Positions 17,242 through 26,416 of a stretch of 27,946 bases of DNA are shown piece by piece. Positions within the stretch are counted from its first letter, which is position 1. Each line of letters starts with the position of its first letter. Source of the DNA: a virus; UHGV virus genome UHGV-0178950; one strand, given 5' to 3'. The notes under the pieces were generated by a model. It did no database searches. It saw only the letters and a list, made by a program, of their open reading frames with translations, and was not told the DNA's origin. The position numbers were made by a program, and so were the translations under genes.

Positions 17242-17894
17242 TGGCAACTATTCAGGAATCATTCAGCAAACTATGCACTAATCTTGACTTCATCGAGGTC
17301 TACAACGACCAGACAGGGCAGAACGTGTCTAGATTGACGCTACCGCAGCTTTTCTCTACTGGATCGATGTTTCACATTATCGAAGTGATTACCGCGTCAG
17401 GGGATGTTCTACGGCTTACAGATGGGTATTTCGATTTGGACTATAACGGTTTTACATATCTCGCAACGGGTGATTTTCTTCAAATCTCATCGAATACCGA
17501 AGAGAAGGAGATCAACAACAACGGGATCAACGTAACTGTTTCTAACGTTCGCGAAGAATACATTACCCTGATTCGTAACAAGCAATTCGATAAATCAGAT
17601 GTGAAAATCGAGATGGTTTTCCTTAACCCCAACACGGGCAAAGTTGAAACCACTTACCCTGTTTTCCGTGGGGTAGTCGATTCCATCGGGATTAACATCG
17701 AACATGAAGATGATGAGTGTAAAAACGAATCAGAATTTCAGCTTAATAGTATCTGGGAAGTTCTAGATAAAAACGCTCGTAGTCATGCCTCCGATGGTAT
17801 CCACCGTTCCTATGTTGGAAACGAGAACGATCTATTCTTCTCAAGGGCGGGTCGCTGGCAATCAGAAAGCAAGTGGCATTCATCGAAGAAATAA
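17241..17894 (+). CDS. Minor tail protein (L-like candidate)
   Basis: Start set at the ATG at 17241 that overlaps the upstream stop (ATAATG), not the ORF-track start 17187; function from position. Confidence 0.5.
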   Translation: MATIQESFSKLCTNLDFIEVYNDQTGQNVSRLTLPQLFSTGSMFHIIEVITASGDVLRLTDGYFDLDYNGFTYLATGDFLQISSNTEEKEINNNGINVTVSNVREEYITLIRNKQFDKSDVKIEMVFLNPNTGKVETTYPVFRGVVDSIGINIEHEDDECKNESEFQLNSIWEVLDKNARSHASDGIHRSYVGNENDLFFSRAGRWQSESKWHSSKK

Positions 17895-17940
17895 TCCCTT
17901 CTCCCTAAGCCTAGTAAATAACAGCATGGAGGTATTCATC

Positions 17941-18360
17941 ATGCTAAAAACTAGGCTTATCACCGATTACATCAATTCTTTAATAGGTCAGGAGTTCGTT
18001 CAGGGTGAGAATGATTGCAATTTAATTGCATGTAAGATCATCGATATTCTCGCTGGCACTGACCTATATAATTCTCTTTATAAAAAATATTCAACTAAAG
18101 AAGAAGGCTTGAAAATCTGCAAAGAATTAAGCGGGTATTCAAATATCCTTCAACCAATTAAGAAACATTTCAAATTAGTCACTGATGATTTACAGGACGG
18201 CGATTTACTGGTCACAGCCCACAAATTAGGAAACCGTAATTATTATTCCGTAGTTCCTCATTATTCCGGTTATGGCCTCGTTGAAGAAGATGGTATCTGG
18301 ATGACCATTCCTGTTTCAGACATTGACTATGAACAAGTTTATAGATTCGGGGGTGAATAA
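17941..18360 (+). CDS. Tail assembly protein with a possible NlpC/P60-like cysteine peptidase core (K-like)
   Basis: Start set at ATG 17941, with GGAGGT 7 nt upstream; GENDCNLIACK Cys motif and downstream His; stop overlaps the next start (TAATG). Confidence 0.45.
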   Translation: MLKTRLITDYINSLIGQEFVQGENDCNLIACKIIDILAGTDLYNSLYKKYSTKEEGLKICKELSGYSNILQPIKKHFKLVTDDLQDGDLLVTAHKLGNRNYYSVVPHYSGYGLVEEDGIWMTIPVSDIDYEQVYRFGGE

Positions 18361-21300
18361 TGGGATTTGAAATATTGGTAGGCGCGGTTATTGCTGGTGC
18401 GTCTGCTGGGATGGCTGCTGCTGCAACATTTTCTGTTATGACCGCAGTCGCTATCGGTATGGCTGCTGGTGCAATGACCTTGATCGCTTCCACTGTAGGC
18501 GCACCAAAAACACCTAAAGTACAAAGCCCAGATAATGCGGTGACACTAGGAACATCAAACGATCCGAAAGCGGTGATACCAGTCGTTTTCGGTACTACCC
18601 GCACTGGCACAAACTGTGTTTACAAAGCAGTTTCTAAGCAAGAAAACAATAAGCTAGTGCAAATCTTCTCTGTAGCCGAGGGTGAAATCGACCATTACAA
18701 AGCACTCTTTATTGATAATAAAAATGTTCTTGTTGGTAAGAACATGACGATCCGTGATGGTATTCTCGATAAGGGCAACATTAAAGAAGAATATCGTAAA
18801 GTATTAGAAGTCGAGTTCCGCACGGGCAAGAATCCTAACACCGCTTTGTCGCTGGCAAAACGTCATTTAGGCTCAGACTGGACCGACGCTTTCAAGGGTA
18901 ACGGCATTGCAACCATGTGTATTGTGTTACGTCGTGATGACAAATCTCTTGCTGCTGGTGTTGATATTCTCCAGCCAAATAGCCAGGTAGCAGTAGACGT
19001 TTGCGGCCTTAAAATCCGTAACCTTGAAACCAATGCTATTGAGGCTAGCACTAACGGCGTGGATCAGATTTTCCACTACCTAACAAATGAAAAATATGGC
19101 TTATCCGTACCAATTGAAAACATTAACGTTGATTCATTCCTGAAAGTACGTAAACAAGTACGCCAGATGGATCTACATTCAAACGGTGCATGTGATCCGA
19201 ACGCCAGCTTTAAAGAAAACTTGACTAATCTTATGCAGACTTTCGGCGGGGTGATGTTCGAATCCTTTGGACGTATTACGCTGAAACTGGATGCTCCTGA
19301 TATTGTTAAGCATACCTTCAATGAAGACAATATCATGATGGGTAAGGTATCACTGAAAACAGGTGGCACTAACGGTTATTTCAATACCATTAACGCGATG
19401 TATCAAGAACCATCAATTGACTATTCAGAGCAAATGCTACGTTATCCGGCTGATGCTGAAAACGATGCTACTGTTCGCGCAGATGGTCGAATTATTGCTA
19501 AGGATGTAGAATATCGTTTCGTTAAGTCTAAAGATCAGATTGATAAACTTGCGAGCATTGAGCGAAATAAATCTCGTATCACTCAGGTTATCAGCTTTAT
19601 GACTACTGACGCATTCACTGCCGAAGTTTGGGACGTTATCAGCGTAACCTATGATGAATTGAAGCTGAATAATTCCTTATGGCGTATTACTGCAATTGAT
19701 CGCTCGATTGATTCTGGTATTGCTGGGATGATGACTATCACCGCCACAGAATATAATTCTCAGGTTTATACTGACCTGAACTATGCGGCAACTCCAGACA
19801 ATAGACCAAGTTTACCGGATTCAATGACAGTACAGAAGCCTACTAATTTCAGAATTAAGGCAACTGGTGAGACGATTTACGGTAAAAACGTTACTTTGAC
19901 ATGGGATGCACCGGAAGATTTTAACCGTTATGGTTTCCAGATTGATTACCGTGTAAGCGGATCACCTAACTGGATTAAGCTGGGACAGACTTCACAGCAA
20001 ATTTTCAGTGTCAATGCACTGGCAAAAGATCGTTCCTACGATTACCGAGTTTGTGCTTTCGGTATCATCGCGCGATCCGATTGGGTAGAACTGGTTAACC
20101 AGAATCCTACCGTTACCTATGAATTGCCGACTCCGGTTATTCGAATCAAAAATCAGGGTAGCACGCCAGGAACTTTCGAAGGTAATGATCTGATTATCGA
20201 ATGGGAAAACCAGCAACAATTAGATGTGATGATCAACGGTGAAACTAACAAGTTTAGTGACCTGTTTGAAGCATACATTATCAAGGTGACTAACAAGGCT
20301 GGTAAGTCTATTCAGTACCGTACCCGCGATCCTGAATCATGGACTTATACGCTTGATATGAACCAGTTTAACGGCCTTTCGCGTCAACTTACGGTAGAAG
20401 TATCAGCTAAGGGCTATAACAACTCAGAGAGCGCCCCAGCGCGTTTAGTGGCTATCAACCCACAACATAAGCCAATGAAAGGTTTTAGTGCGCGTGGTGG
20501 CTTTAATACTGCGTTTGTTAGCTGGGCGGATGACGTAGAACATGACTATGCAGGGTCAATCATCCAGTATGCAACCGACAACACTTTCTCAGATGCAAGG
20601 GCAGTAAGCACGAATAGTGTTAGCCATACTTCCTTTGATATTGCTGACGGTGATTATTATATCCGTGGTGCTCACTACGATATTTTCGGTATGGATGATG
20701 CTGTTTGGTCTGAACCGTATTTCATGCAAATGAAGTCTACGATTAGTTGGGACGATCAGGACAAAGAAGCACTGGAAGACCTGATCGGTTTACAAGATCG
20801 CTTAGATGAAACTATCGCGGATGCTATTAAGCAAGCTGGCGCTAATGCCGATGCTAAAATTGATGCAATGCATAAGCAAATCACTACCGAGACGGGTAAA
20901 ACTGTTCAAGCCTCAGCCGATACTCTCAAGAGTCTGATTGCTTCTGGTGATAAGGCAAGTTCAACTAAGATTGATCAGGTTAAAGCTGAACTGAAAGGCG
21001 ATATCACCAAAGAAGTTAGTGCATCTGCTACTAGCCTGAAACAAGCTATTGCTACCAGTGAAGCAGCAAGCGCAAGTAAGATTGACCAAGTTCGGGTAGA
21101 AATGGATGGCAAGATTGCTGGTGTGAATCAGGAAGCAGATGTAAAAATCGATGCTTTGAAGGGAACCATTAACAGCAAATATAATCTGGCGGTTAATGCA
21201 GATGGTCGCGTGGCTGGTATTCACATGAGCGCAACCAACGATCCGGCACAACCGACGAGAATCATCTTTAATGCTGATAAAATCGCGGTAGCTCCACAGG

Positions 21301-22133
21301 ATGGATCGGGTATTTGTCCTTTTGGTATCGAAGGTAACAAGGTTTATCTCGATAATGCGATGATTCGTAATGCTGCAATTGGTACAGCCCAGATTAATGA
21401 TGCGGCAATTACTACCGCTAAGATCGGCAATGCTGCAATTAACAGCGCGAAGATTCAGGACGGGGCAATCACTAACGCCAAGATCGTAAACGGTGCTATT
21501 GATAATGCCAAAATTGGTAACTATATCCAGTCTTCCAACTGGAACGGATCTACCGGATGGCATATCAACAAGAACGGGTCCGCTACGTTCATGAACGCTA
21601 CCGTTAAAGGTAATATCACGGCTGATTCTGGTACTCTGAACAACGTCACGATTAACTCTAGCTGTGTTATTAAGGGTATGCTTGAAGCTACTCAGGTTAA
21701 GGGTGATTTCGTTAAGGTGATTGGTCGTAAGTTCCCGCACCGTGATGTTAACGTTGATAATGGTTATGCTGGCTATCCACAGGGTACGGTCACTGTTCGC
21801 GTTGAAGATGATCACAAGTTCGATCGTCAAATCGTTATTCCGGCAATTAGTTTTGGTGGATTGCGAGCGCGTGAAGGGTCGAACAATAATACCTATTACG
21901 ACACCTGTCGCCTGATTGTTCGTAAGAATGGGTCAGAGTTGTATAATAGGGCGTATGGCGGTAATACTGGTCTTTACTCAGGTGTTATTGATATGCCAGC
22001 GGGTAAGGGTGCTGTGACCTTGACCTTTGAAGTGCAATCAAGCGCAATCAACAACTGGACGCCTAGCACATGGATCAGTGATTTAACAGTAATGGTAACT
22101 AAAAAAGCCACTACTGGTATTACTGTTTCTTAA
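18360..22133 (+). CDS. Tail tip / host-specificity protein, J-like, with an I-like Gly/Ala-rich hydrophobic N-terminus
   Basis: 1257 aa; N-terminal about 100 aa resemble the C-terminal half of lambda gpI; fibronectin III-like segments; C-terminal 9-10 aa repeats (AIGTAQINDAAITTAKIGNAAINSAKIQDGAITNAKIVNGAIDNAKIGN). Confidence 0.8.
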   Translation: MGFEILVGAVIAGASAGMAAAATFSVMTAVAIGMAAGAMTLIASTVGAPKTPKVQSPDNAVTLGTSNDPKAVIPVVFGTTRTGTNCVYKAVSKQENNKLVQIFSVAEGEIDHYKALFIDNKNVLVGKNMTIRDGILDKGNIKEEYRKVLEVEFRTGKNPNTALSLAKRHLGSDWTDAFKGNGIATMCIVLRRDDKSLAAGVDILQPNSQVAVDVCGLKIRNLETNAIEASTNGVDQIFHYLTNEKYGLSVPIENINVDSFLKVRKQVRQMDLHSNGACDPNASFKENLTNLMQTFGGVMFESFGRITLKLDAPDIVKHTFNEDNIMMGKVSLKTGGTNGYFNTINAMYQEPSIDYSEQMLRYPADAENDATVRADGRIIAKDVEYRFVKSKDQIDKLASIERNKSRITQVISFMTTDAFTAEVWDVISVTYDELKLNNSLWRITAIDRSIDSGIAGMMTITATEYNSQVYTDLNYAATPDNRPSLPDSMTVQKPTNFRIKATGETIYGKNVTLTWDAPEDFNRYGFQIDYRVSGSPNWIKLGQTSQQIFSVNALAKDRSYDYRVCAFGIIARSDWVELVNQNPTVTYELPTPVIRIKNQGSTPGTFEGNDLIIEWENQQQLDVMINGETNKFSDLFEAYIIKVTNKAGKSIQYRTRDPESWTYTLDMNQFNGLSRQLTVEVSAKGYNNSESAPARLVAINPQHKPMKGFSARGGFNTAFVSWADDVEHDYAGSIIQYATDNTFSDARAVSTNSVSHTSFDIADGDYYIRGAHYDIFGMDDAVWSEPYFMQMKSTISWDDQDKEALEDLIGLQDRLDETIADAIKQAGANADAKIDAMHKQITTETGKTVQASADTLKSLIASGDKASSTKIDQVKAELKGDITKEVSASATSLKQAIATSEAASASKIDQVRVEMDGKIAGVNQEADVKIDALKGTINSKYNLAVNADGRVAGIHMSATNDPAQPTRIIFNADKIAVAPQDGSGICPFGIEGNKVYLDNAMIRNAAIGTAQINDAAITTAKIGNAAINSAKIQDGAITNAKIVNGAIDNAKIGNYIQSSNWNGSTGWHINKNGSATFMNATVKGNITADSGTLNNVTINSSCVIKGMLEATQVKGDFVKVIGRKFPHRDVNVDNGYAGYPQGTVTVRVEDDHKFDRQIVIPAISFGGLRAREGSNNNTYYDTCRLIVRKNGSELYNRAYGGNTGLYSGVIDMPAGKGAVTLTFEVQSSAINNWTPSTWISDLTVMVTKKATTGITVS

Positions 22134-22151
22134 AATTTAATTTTAATAATT

Positions 22152-22192
22152 AATCCCGCTTAATTCTTTTGGGTTAGGCGGGATTATTTTTA
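22152..22192 (+). terminator. Terminator-like hairpin after the J-like gene
   Basis: AATCCCGC-(18 nt loop)-GCGGGATT followed by ATTTTTA. Confidence 0.45.
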
Positions 22193-22238
22193 TCTAAATA
22201 ATTTTGCCATTAAACTATATAAAAATATCGGGGGCGTA

Positions 22239-22517
22239 ATGACTGAAATTATATATGGCGGTATCGGTGTTATCGCCTTAATTTGTGGTGGTCTTTGGAG
22301 ACTTCACCGAAATCAATTAGCAACTGAAAATAGGTTATCTAAATTGGAATCCAGCGACGCATTGTTAAACCAGAAGTTTGAGACGATGCAGAATAACCAT
22401 ACTCAGATTGCTGAACGTGTTTACCAAATGGAACAAACACTACACGGTATAGAGAAGAAAGTGGTTGCGATGGACGCCAAATTTGACCAAGTTCTCGACA
22501 TACTCAAACAAAAATAA
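22239..22517 (+). CDS. Membrane protein with one N-terminal TM helix and a coiled-coil tail; holin/antiholin or i-spanin-like candidate
   Basis: 92 aa; hydrophobic IIYGGIGVIALICGGLW followed by a heptad-rich region. Confidence 0.5.
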   Translation: MTEIIYGGIGVIALICGGLWRLHRNQLATENRLSKLESSDALLNQKFETMQNNHTQIAERVYQMEQTLHGIEKKVVAMDAKFDQVLDILKQK

Positions 22518-22535
22518 TAATAAAGGGGTGAATAT

Positions 22536-22706
22536 ATGAAGAATAAACTTAAGAAATATTTTGGTTATCTCTTGATTGTCGCCCTCACTTATAACGTAGC
22601 TATTAGACCTCTGCTAACGTCCTTTGGGCTTGAACTCCCGGCTATGACCGTGGATGAACAATTGCTAAGGACACTGGCGGGGGTCTTTTCGTTATTAGGG
22701 GGCTAA
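22536..22706 (+). CDS. Small membrane protein, 56 aa (not in ORF track); holin-like candidate
   Basis: AAAGGGGTGA Shine-Dalgarno upstream of ATG 22536; hydrophobic FGYLLIVALTYNVAI; stop overlaps the next start (TAACATG). Confidence 0.4.
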   Translation: MKNKLKKYFGYLLIVALTYNVAIRPLLTSFGLELPAMTVDEQLLRTLAGVFSLLGG

Positions 22707-22707
22707 C

Positions 22708-23391
22708 ATGGCAACCAGTACCAATAAACGAAACGCTCTAAGGACTAAGAAAGCGTTACGGCAATGGTCTGAAAAGGCAACCGATACATTCGAAAGGGCA
22801 CTAGGGGAAGGAGCGATCTTTGCTTCCAGAGCACTCCAGAAGAAGATTAACAAGAATGTTGATAGACCTACTCGATGGACTCAACAAGCTGTAGGTAATA
22901 CCAACTACAAGAACCGATCAGGGACGAGACACCAAATCTTCATCAAGGGCGCAAGGGATAAGGACAAGAAGATCGGCAGTCAGGATGACTATCTGAAACA
23001 CTATTTCGATGGTGGCAAAATCAATAAGCTAGTGCCAATTGCCAACGGTAAGGTCTTAGACGCCCACGGGAACATTAAGGCCATCAAAGGCGGTAAGATG
23101 ATGCGTAACCTCGAAAACGGCAACTTCATCAAGGTAGAGAACAAGGAAGGGACTTTTATCATGAAGAAGTACAAGCCTAAGAAATCCCGAACCAAACGCG
23201 CTAGGAATGGATCGGCGGTGGCAAAACGTCGCTTAGAGAAACGCATCCAGAAACAGAGTAAGCGAATTGTTGCCGTTAAGTCGGATAAAATTTCTACTCG
23301 TTATTCGACGCTAGGATCGTGGGAAAGCAACGAGGAAATAATGCTTAAGAACATTAATAAGCACATTAAATCGCGCATGAGATATGTTTAA
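22708..23391 (+). CDS. Highly basic Lys/Arg-rich protein of unknown function, 227 aa
   Basis: ORF translationally coupled to the upstream small gene; composition suggests nucleic-acid binding. Confidence 0.55.
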   Translation: MATSTNKRNALRTKKALRQWSEKATDTFERALGEGAIFASRALQKKINKNVDRPTRWTQQAVGNTNYKNRSGTRHQIFIKGARDKDKKIGSQDDYLKHYFDGGKINKLVPIANGKVLDAHGNIKAIKGGKMMRNLENGNFIKVENKEGTFIMKKYKPKKSRTKRARNGSAVAKRRLEKRIQKQSKRIVAVKSDKISTRYSTLGSWESNEEIMLKNINKHIKSRMRYV

Positions 23392-23429
23392 TCCATAAAT
23401 ACCCTCATAGAATCTTATGGGGGTATAAC

Positions 23430-23777
23430 ATGGCTAAAAATATTTTCACTGAATTTCCTACTTATCCGGTCGATCAGCTTTCCGGTATTTTTATTAATGG
23501 CATTAGTCCAGAATCAATGACTTATGATTTTGAGGCGAAGAGAGTTAAACATAAACAATATAAAGAATGTATCCGTGACCATGAAAAGGGGACCGTGTTT
23601 TGTGTCGCTACATTGGCTAAACGTCCTAAGTATCGTTTTCGTGTCGGGCAAGAAGTCGATGTAGTTAATCCTTATAGCTTTAATTGTCTGGGCGATGCAC
23701 GCGCGGTGTGTGTAGGTACTGCTCCTTATTATATCAAGGGTATGCGCTTTATTGGTTATATCTTCGAAATGATCTAA
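23430..23777 (+). CDS. Hypothetical protein, 115 aa
   Basis: ORF preceded by a hairpin whose 3' arm supplies a GGGGGT Shine-Dalgarno. Confidence 0.55.
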   Translation: MAKNIFTEFPTYPVDQLSGIFINGISPESMTYDFEAKRVKHKQYKECIRDHEKGTVFCVATLAKRPKYRFRVGQEVDVVNPYSFNCLGDARAVCVGTAPYYIKGMRFIGYIFEMI

Positions 23778-23786
23778 GGGGGTAAT

Positions 23787-24140
23787 ATGTTAAGCAAACA
23801 TTTTTCTCGCAAGGAATTTAAATGTAAATGCGGAAAATGTGATTATGATACAATCGACGCTGAATTACTGGTAATTCTTGAGGATGTACGAGAGCACTTC
23901 GGTAAACCAGTGATTATTAACAGTGGCAACCGTTGCCCGACTCATAACAAGAATGTAGGCGGGGCAGCCAATAGCTATCACGTTCGAGGCCGTGCGGCTG
24001 ACATTGTTATCAAGGGTGTCTCACCTGATATTGTTCATGCTTATCTTGATGGGAAATATCCTACTCAATACGGCTTAGGAAAATATAAAACATTTACGCA
24101 TATCGATTCCAGATCAAAAAAATCACGGTGGAATGGATAA
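23787..24140 (+). CDS. Endolysin, zinc peptidase M15 family (YcbK-like / Peptidase_M15_3 type)
   Basis: 117 aa; KCKCGKCDYD Cys box, RCPTHNKNVGG, SYHVRGRAADI and FTHID motifs match the zinc-ligand pattern of M15 cell-wall peptidases; AAGGGGGT Shine-Dalgarno. Confidence 0.8.
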   Translation: MLSKHFSRKEFKCKCGKCDYDTIDAELLVILEDVREHFGKPVIINSGNRCPTHNKNVGGAANSYHVRGRAADIVIKGVSPDIVHAYLDGKYPTQYGLGKYKTFTHIDSRSKKSRWNG

Positions 24141-24143
24141 AAC

Positions 24144-24172
24144 AAAAGCGCCTCTGGTGGGCGCTTTTTTGT
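24144..24172 (+). terminator. Rho-independent terminator closing the + strand late operon
   Basis: AAAAGCGCC-tctggtg-GGCGCTTTT followed by TTTTT. Confidence 0.8.
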
Positions 24173-24340
24173 TAGAATATGCTGGCGACGTTAGCTATAT
24201 TTCTGACCATTTTTTCATTATAGACAAATATACCGCAGACGATAAAGTCGTTTTGACGAAGTAGATCCGTCTCTGGTTGAAGTAATGAAAGAACCGGAAG
24301 ACCTAGAGCTTGATTTAAGCCAATTATAGACTCTCTAACG

Positions 24341-24375
24341 CAATTAAATTAAAAAGGGGTACGGATGTACCCCTT
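24341..24375 (-). terminator. Rho-independent terminator for the minus-strand recombinase operon
   Basis: Perfect 9-bp inverted repeat AAGGGGTAC-ggat-GTACCCCTT; the T-rich run lies on the minus-strand transcript (CCCCTTTTTAATTTAATT). Confidence 0.6.
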
Positions 24376-24411
24376 AAAGCGTTTGGTTCGTTATACGGCG
24401 ATTTAGGCCGC

Positions 24412-24684
24412 CTATGATTTATTTTCTTGTTCTATGAAAATCTTTCTCACCTCATCAGAATAAATGTCTAGTGATTCCTCATAACATTTTCTGTATTCAT
24501 CGTAATTACTGGTGGTCTTTTGACATAGCAATTTCAATGTCTTATGTGCTCCATCAATGAAAGCATCTTCTCTATAGGTTAGCGGTCTACGCATTTCTTG
24601 GTCTACGGTTGCCAATGCCAAGCAAGAATTCATAGATAAAATCAAACCTAAAATCTTAATCATCTTCATTAGCTTAAATTCCAA
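24412..24684 (-). CDS. Small secreted or lipoprotein-like protein, about 85-90 aa
   Basis: N-terminal signal peptide MKMIKILGLILSMNSCLALA with a possible AxA cleavage or atypical lipobox; two Cys in the mature part; overlaps the recombinase 3' end by 11 nt. Confidence 0.55.
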   Translation of the reverse strand: MEFKLMKMIKILGLILSMNSCLALATVDQEMRRPLTYREDAFIDGAHKTLKLLCQKTTSNYDEYRKCYEESLDIYSDEVRKIFIEQENKS

Positions 24685-26353
24685 ATTCTTGTAATGGACC
24701 TGGTATTTCTTCTTCTGGTTTCCAGTTCTTATCTGTCAGCATGTCTAAACATGGATGCAGAACAAGCCCGTTACTCTCCAGAATCTGCCTATCATTGATA
24801 GTCTTCAAATCAACGAAGATCCGGCCTTTCCTCGGTCCTCTTGAATTTTCTATTACAACTCTCTGGGTCTTGCCATCGATGTATTCCAGTACAAACAAGT
24901 TTTTGTACTTGTCAATCCTGCTACACCCGATCCGTTTTAGAGCTTGCTTAATCTTAAACCGGACCTTAATGCGATCCTCGTTGTAAACATCTTCTAAATC
25001 AAATTCTGCGAGCTTCTCCCAGCCTTGAGAGTCAACAGAATACATTTCCTCTTCTGCCATCTTAAGTTGATTGTAGAGTGTTTCACGCTCGCTATTGAGG
25101 GTAGTAATCTGATCGGCTAGCTCCTTCGTTGCTCCTGTCATAGCAGAAAGGGTAATCAGGTTATCAATCTTGCGTGATATTTCATCAATCTGTACTTTCA
25201 AAGCCGGAACCGGATTAGCCTTATCTTCAGCAATCCAGATTTTATCAGCCAGCAATTGCAATACAGCTTTCTCTAATTGGTCGCCGCGAAAACTCCAGTT
25301 TGTATGCACACATTCAATACGACTAGAGCGCATTGCATCGCATGAATAACGATATTGGTTAGGCCGTCTGTTTGTTCCTTTCACCTTAACCATAGCGGAA
25401 CCGCAATGTTCACATTTCAGCAGATTAACACCACTAAGCAGGGGGATCGGTTTAGCTTCTTCTTTGTCTCCATAGTTACATGCTCTAACACCAATGCTTT
25501 TCTTAAGGTGATAAAACTCAGCGTCATCTAGCACACGAGGGTAATAATCCTTTAACTCATACTTAACGCCATCTACAGAGATTTCCTTGATACCAATCAA
25601 AGCGCGGGTATGGAACAACCTTTCAATCATTGCTCGTGACCAGTTTGAATGCCTCTTGTGACTTGCGGCTGGTGGTGGTGTATATGTCGCGTTAAGGTGA
25701 TCCAGTATCTCGGCGGTAGACCGTCCATTCCTGCGTAATTCCACAACCTCCTGAACAATAGGGAAGAAGACCGGATCGGGACACACATAACCGGAAGTGG
25801 TATCAGTCCACCACATATTCTTTCCAACTTCCTCGATTGCCACAGCCGGATTTTGTGGATTTTCTTGATGAGCTTTAATCTTAATCAGTGCGCTTGAGTT
25901 AGTACGATTGCGCTTAGTCTGGCTTTCCTCATTACCACGGATGAATAAAAGGATGGAGAACATCAGGTCCATCGGGTTAGCGGTAACAGTATCAAGCGAG
26001 TAGATCTTGTTATCCATGCCAGTAACAATGGTTATCCCCCTACGGATGATTGAAAGGAATAACTCCTGCGCACTGACAATATCGGCACGGGATAAACGGT
26101 CCAAGTTTTCGATGAATAGCCAGCTACCAACAGGAACGGATCTACCTATTGCATCAAGGAAACGAGATAGCGCCCCTGTTTTGGAGTTAGCACCCTTAAA
26201 CGCAGATACACCCAGATCCTGATAATCATTTACCAGTTCAAGGTCATACTTTACCGCAATCTCTCTAGCCATCCTGATTTGTCGTTCATAACTCGAACCA
26301 TCATTCTGACGCATAGACGAGAAGCGAATATACGAATACAGTTTAGTTTTCAT
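24674..26353 (-). CDS. Large serine recombinase (integrase/resolvase superfamily)
   Basis: N-terminal catalytic domain YSYIRFSSMRQ...SYERQ...ENLDRLSR, zinc-ribbon-like CEHCGSAM...YRYSC, C-terminal coiled coil; start set at the ATG encoding MKTKLYSYIR, the ORF track extends to a TTG at 26368. Confidence 0.85.
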   Translation of the reverse strand: MKTKLYSYIRFSSMRQNDGSSYERQIRMAREIAVKYDLELVNDYQDLGVSAFKGANSKTGALSRFLDAIGRSVPVGSWLFIENLDRLSRADIVSAQELFLSIIRRGITIVTGMDNKIYSLDTVTANPMDLMFSILLFIRGNEESQTKRNRTNSSALIKIKAHQENPQNPAVAIEEVGKNMWWTDTTSGYVCPDPVFFPIVQEVVELRRNGRSTAEILDHLNATYTPPPAASHKRHSNWSRAMIERLFHTRALIGIKEISVDGVKYELKDYYPRVLDDAEFYHLKKSIGVRACNYGDKEEAKPIPLLSGVNLLKCEHCGSAMVKVKGTNRRPNQYRYSCDAMRSSRIECVHTNWSFRGDQLEKAVLQLLADKIWIAEDKANPVPALKVQIDEISRKIDNLITLSAMTGATKELADQITTLNSERETLYNQLKMAEEEMYSVDSQGWEKLAEFDLEDVYNEDRIKVRFKIKQALKRIGCSRIDKYKNLFVLEYIDGKTQRVVIENSRGPRKGRIFVDLKTINDRQILESNGLVLHPCLDMLTDKNWKPEEEIPGPLQEFGI

Positions 26354-26359
26354 ACCATT

Positions 26360-26402
26360 TCCAAACAAAAACGCCCCTACCGCGTATTATAACGATAGGG
26401 GC
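26360..26402 (-). terminator. Hairpin plus T-rich run on the minus strand between the secreted-protein gene and the recombinase; loop contains TATAAT
   Basis: GCCCCTA...TAGGGGC stem; minus-strand downstream GTTTTTGTTTGG. Confidence 0.4.
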
Positions 26403-26416
26403 TAGGTGATTAAAGA

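Noticed and set aside
17785-17940. ORF-track 5' extension of the K-like gene (start at 17785)
   Set aside because: It overlaps the end of the upstream gene in another frame and has no ribosome-binding site, whereas ATG 17941 has GGAGGT at ideal spacing.
20961-21830. 289-aa minus-strand ORF inside the J-like gene
   Set aside because: Antisense to a well-supported 1257-aa gene with repeats; no start context; taken as a byproduct of sense-strand composition.
22193-22238. Possible sigma70-like promoter (TTGCCA ... TATAAA) upstream of the lysis genes
   Set aside because: The spacing between the candidate -35 and -10 hexamers is wrong (about 8 nt) and alternative pairings are weak; it cannot be supported from sequence alone.
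24260-24330. Short open frame encoding ...VDPSLVEVMKEPEDLELDLSQL in the convergent intergenic region
   Set aside because: Only about 24 codons after an in-frame stop, with no ribosome-binding site; possibly a gene remnant but too short to call as a pseudogene.
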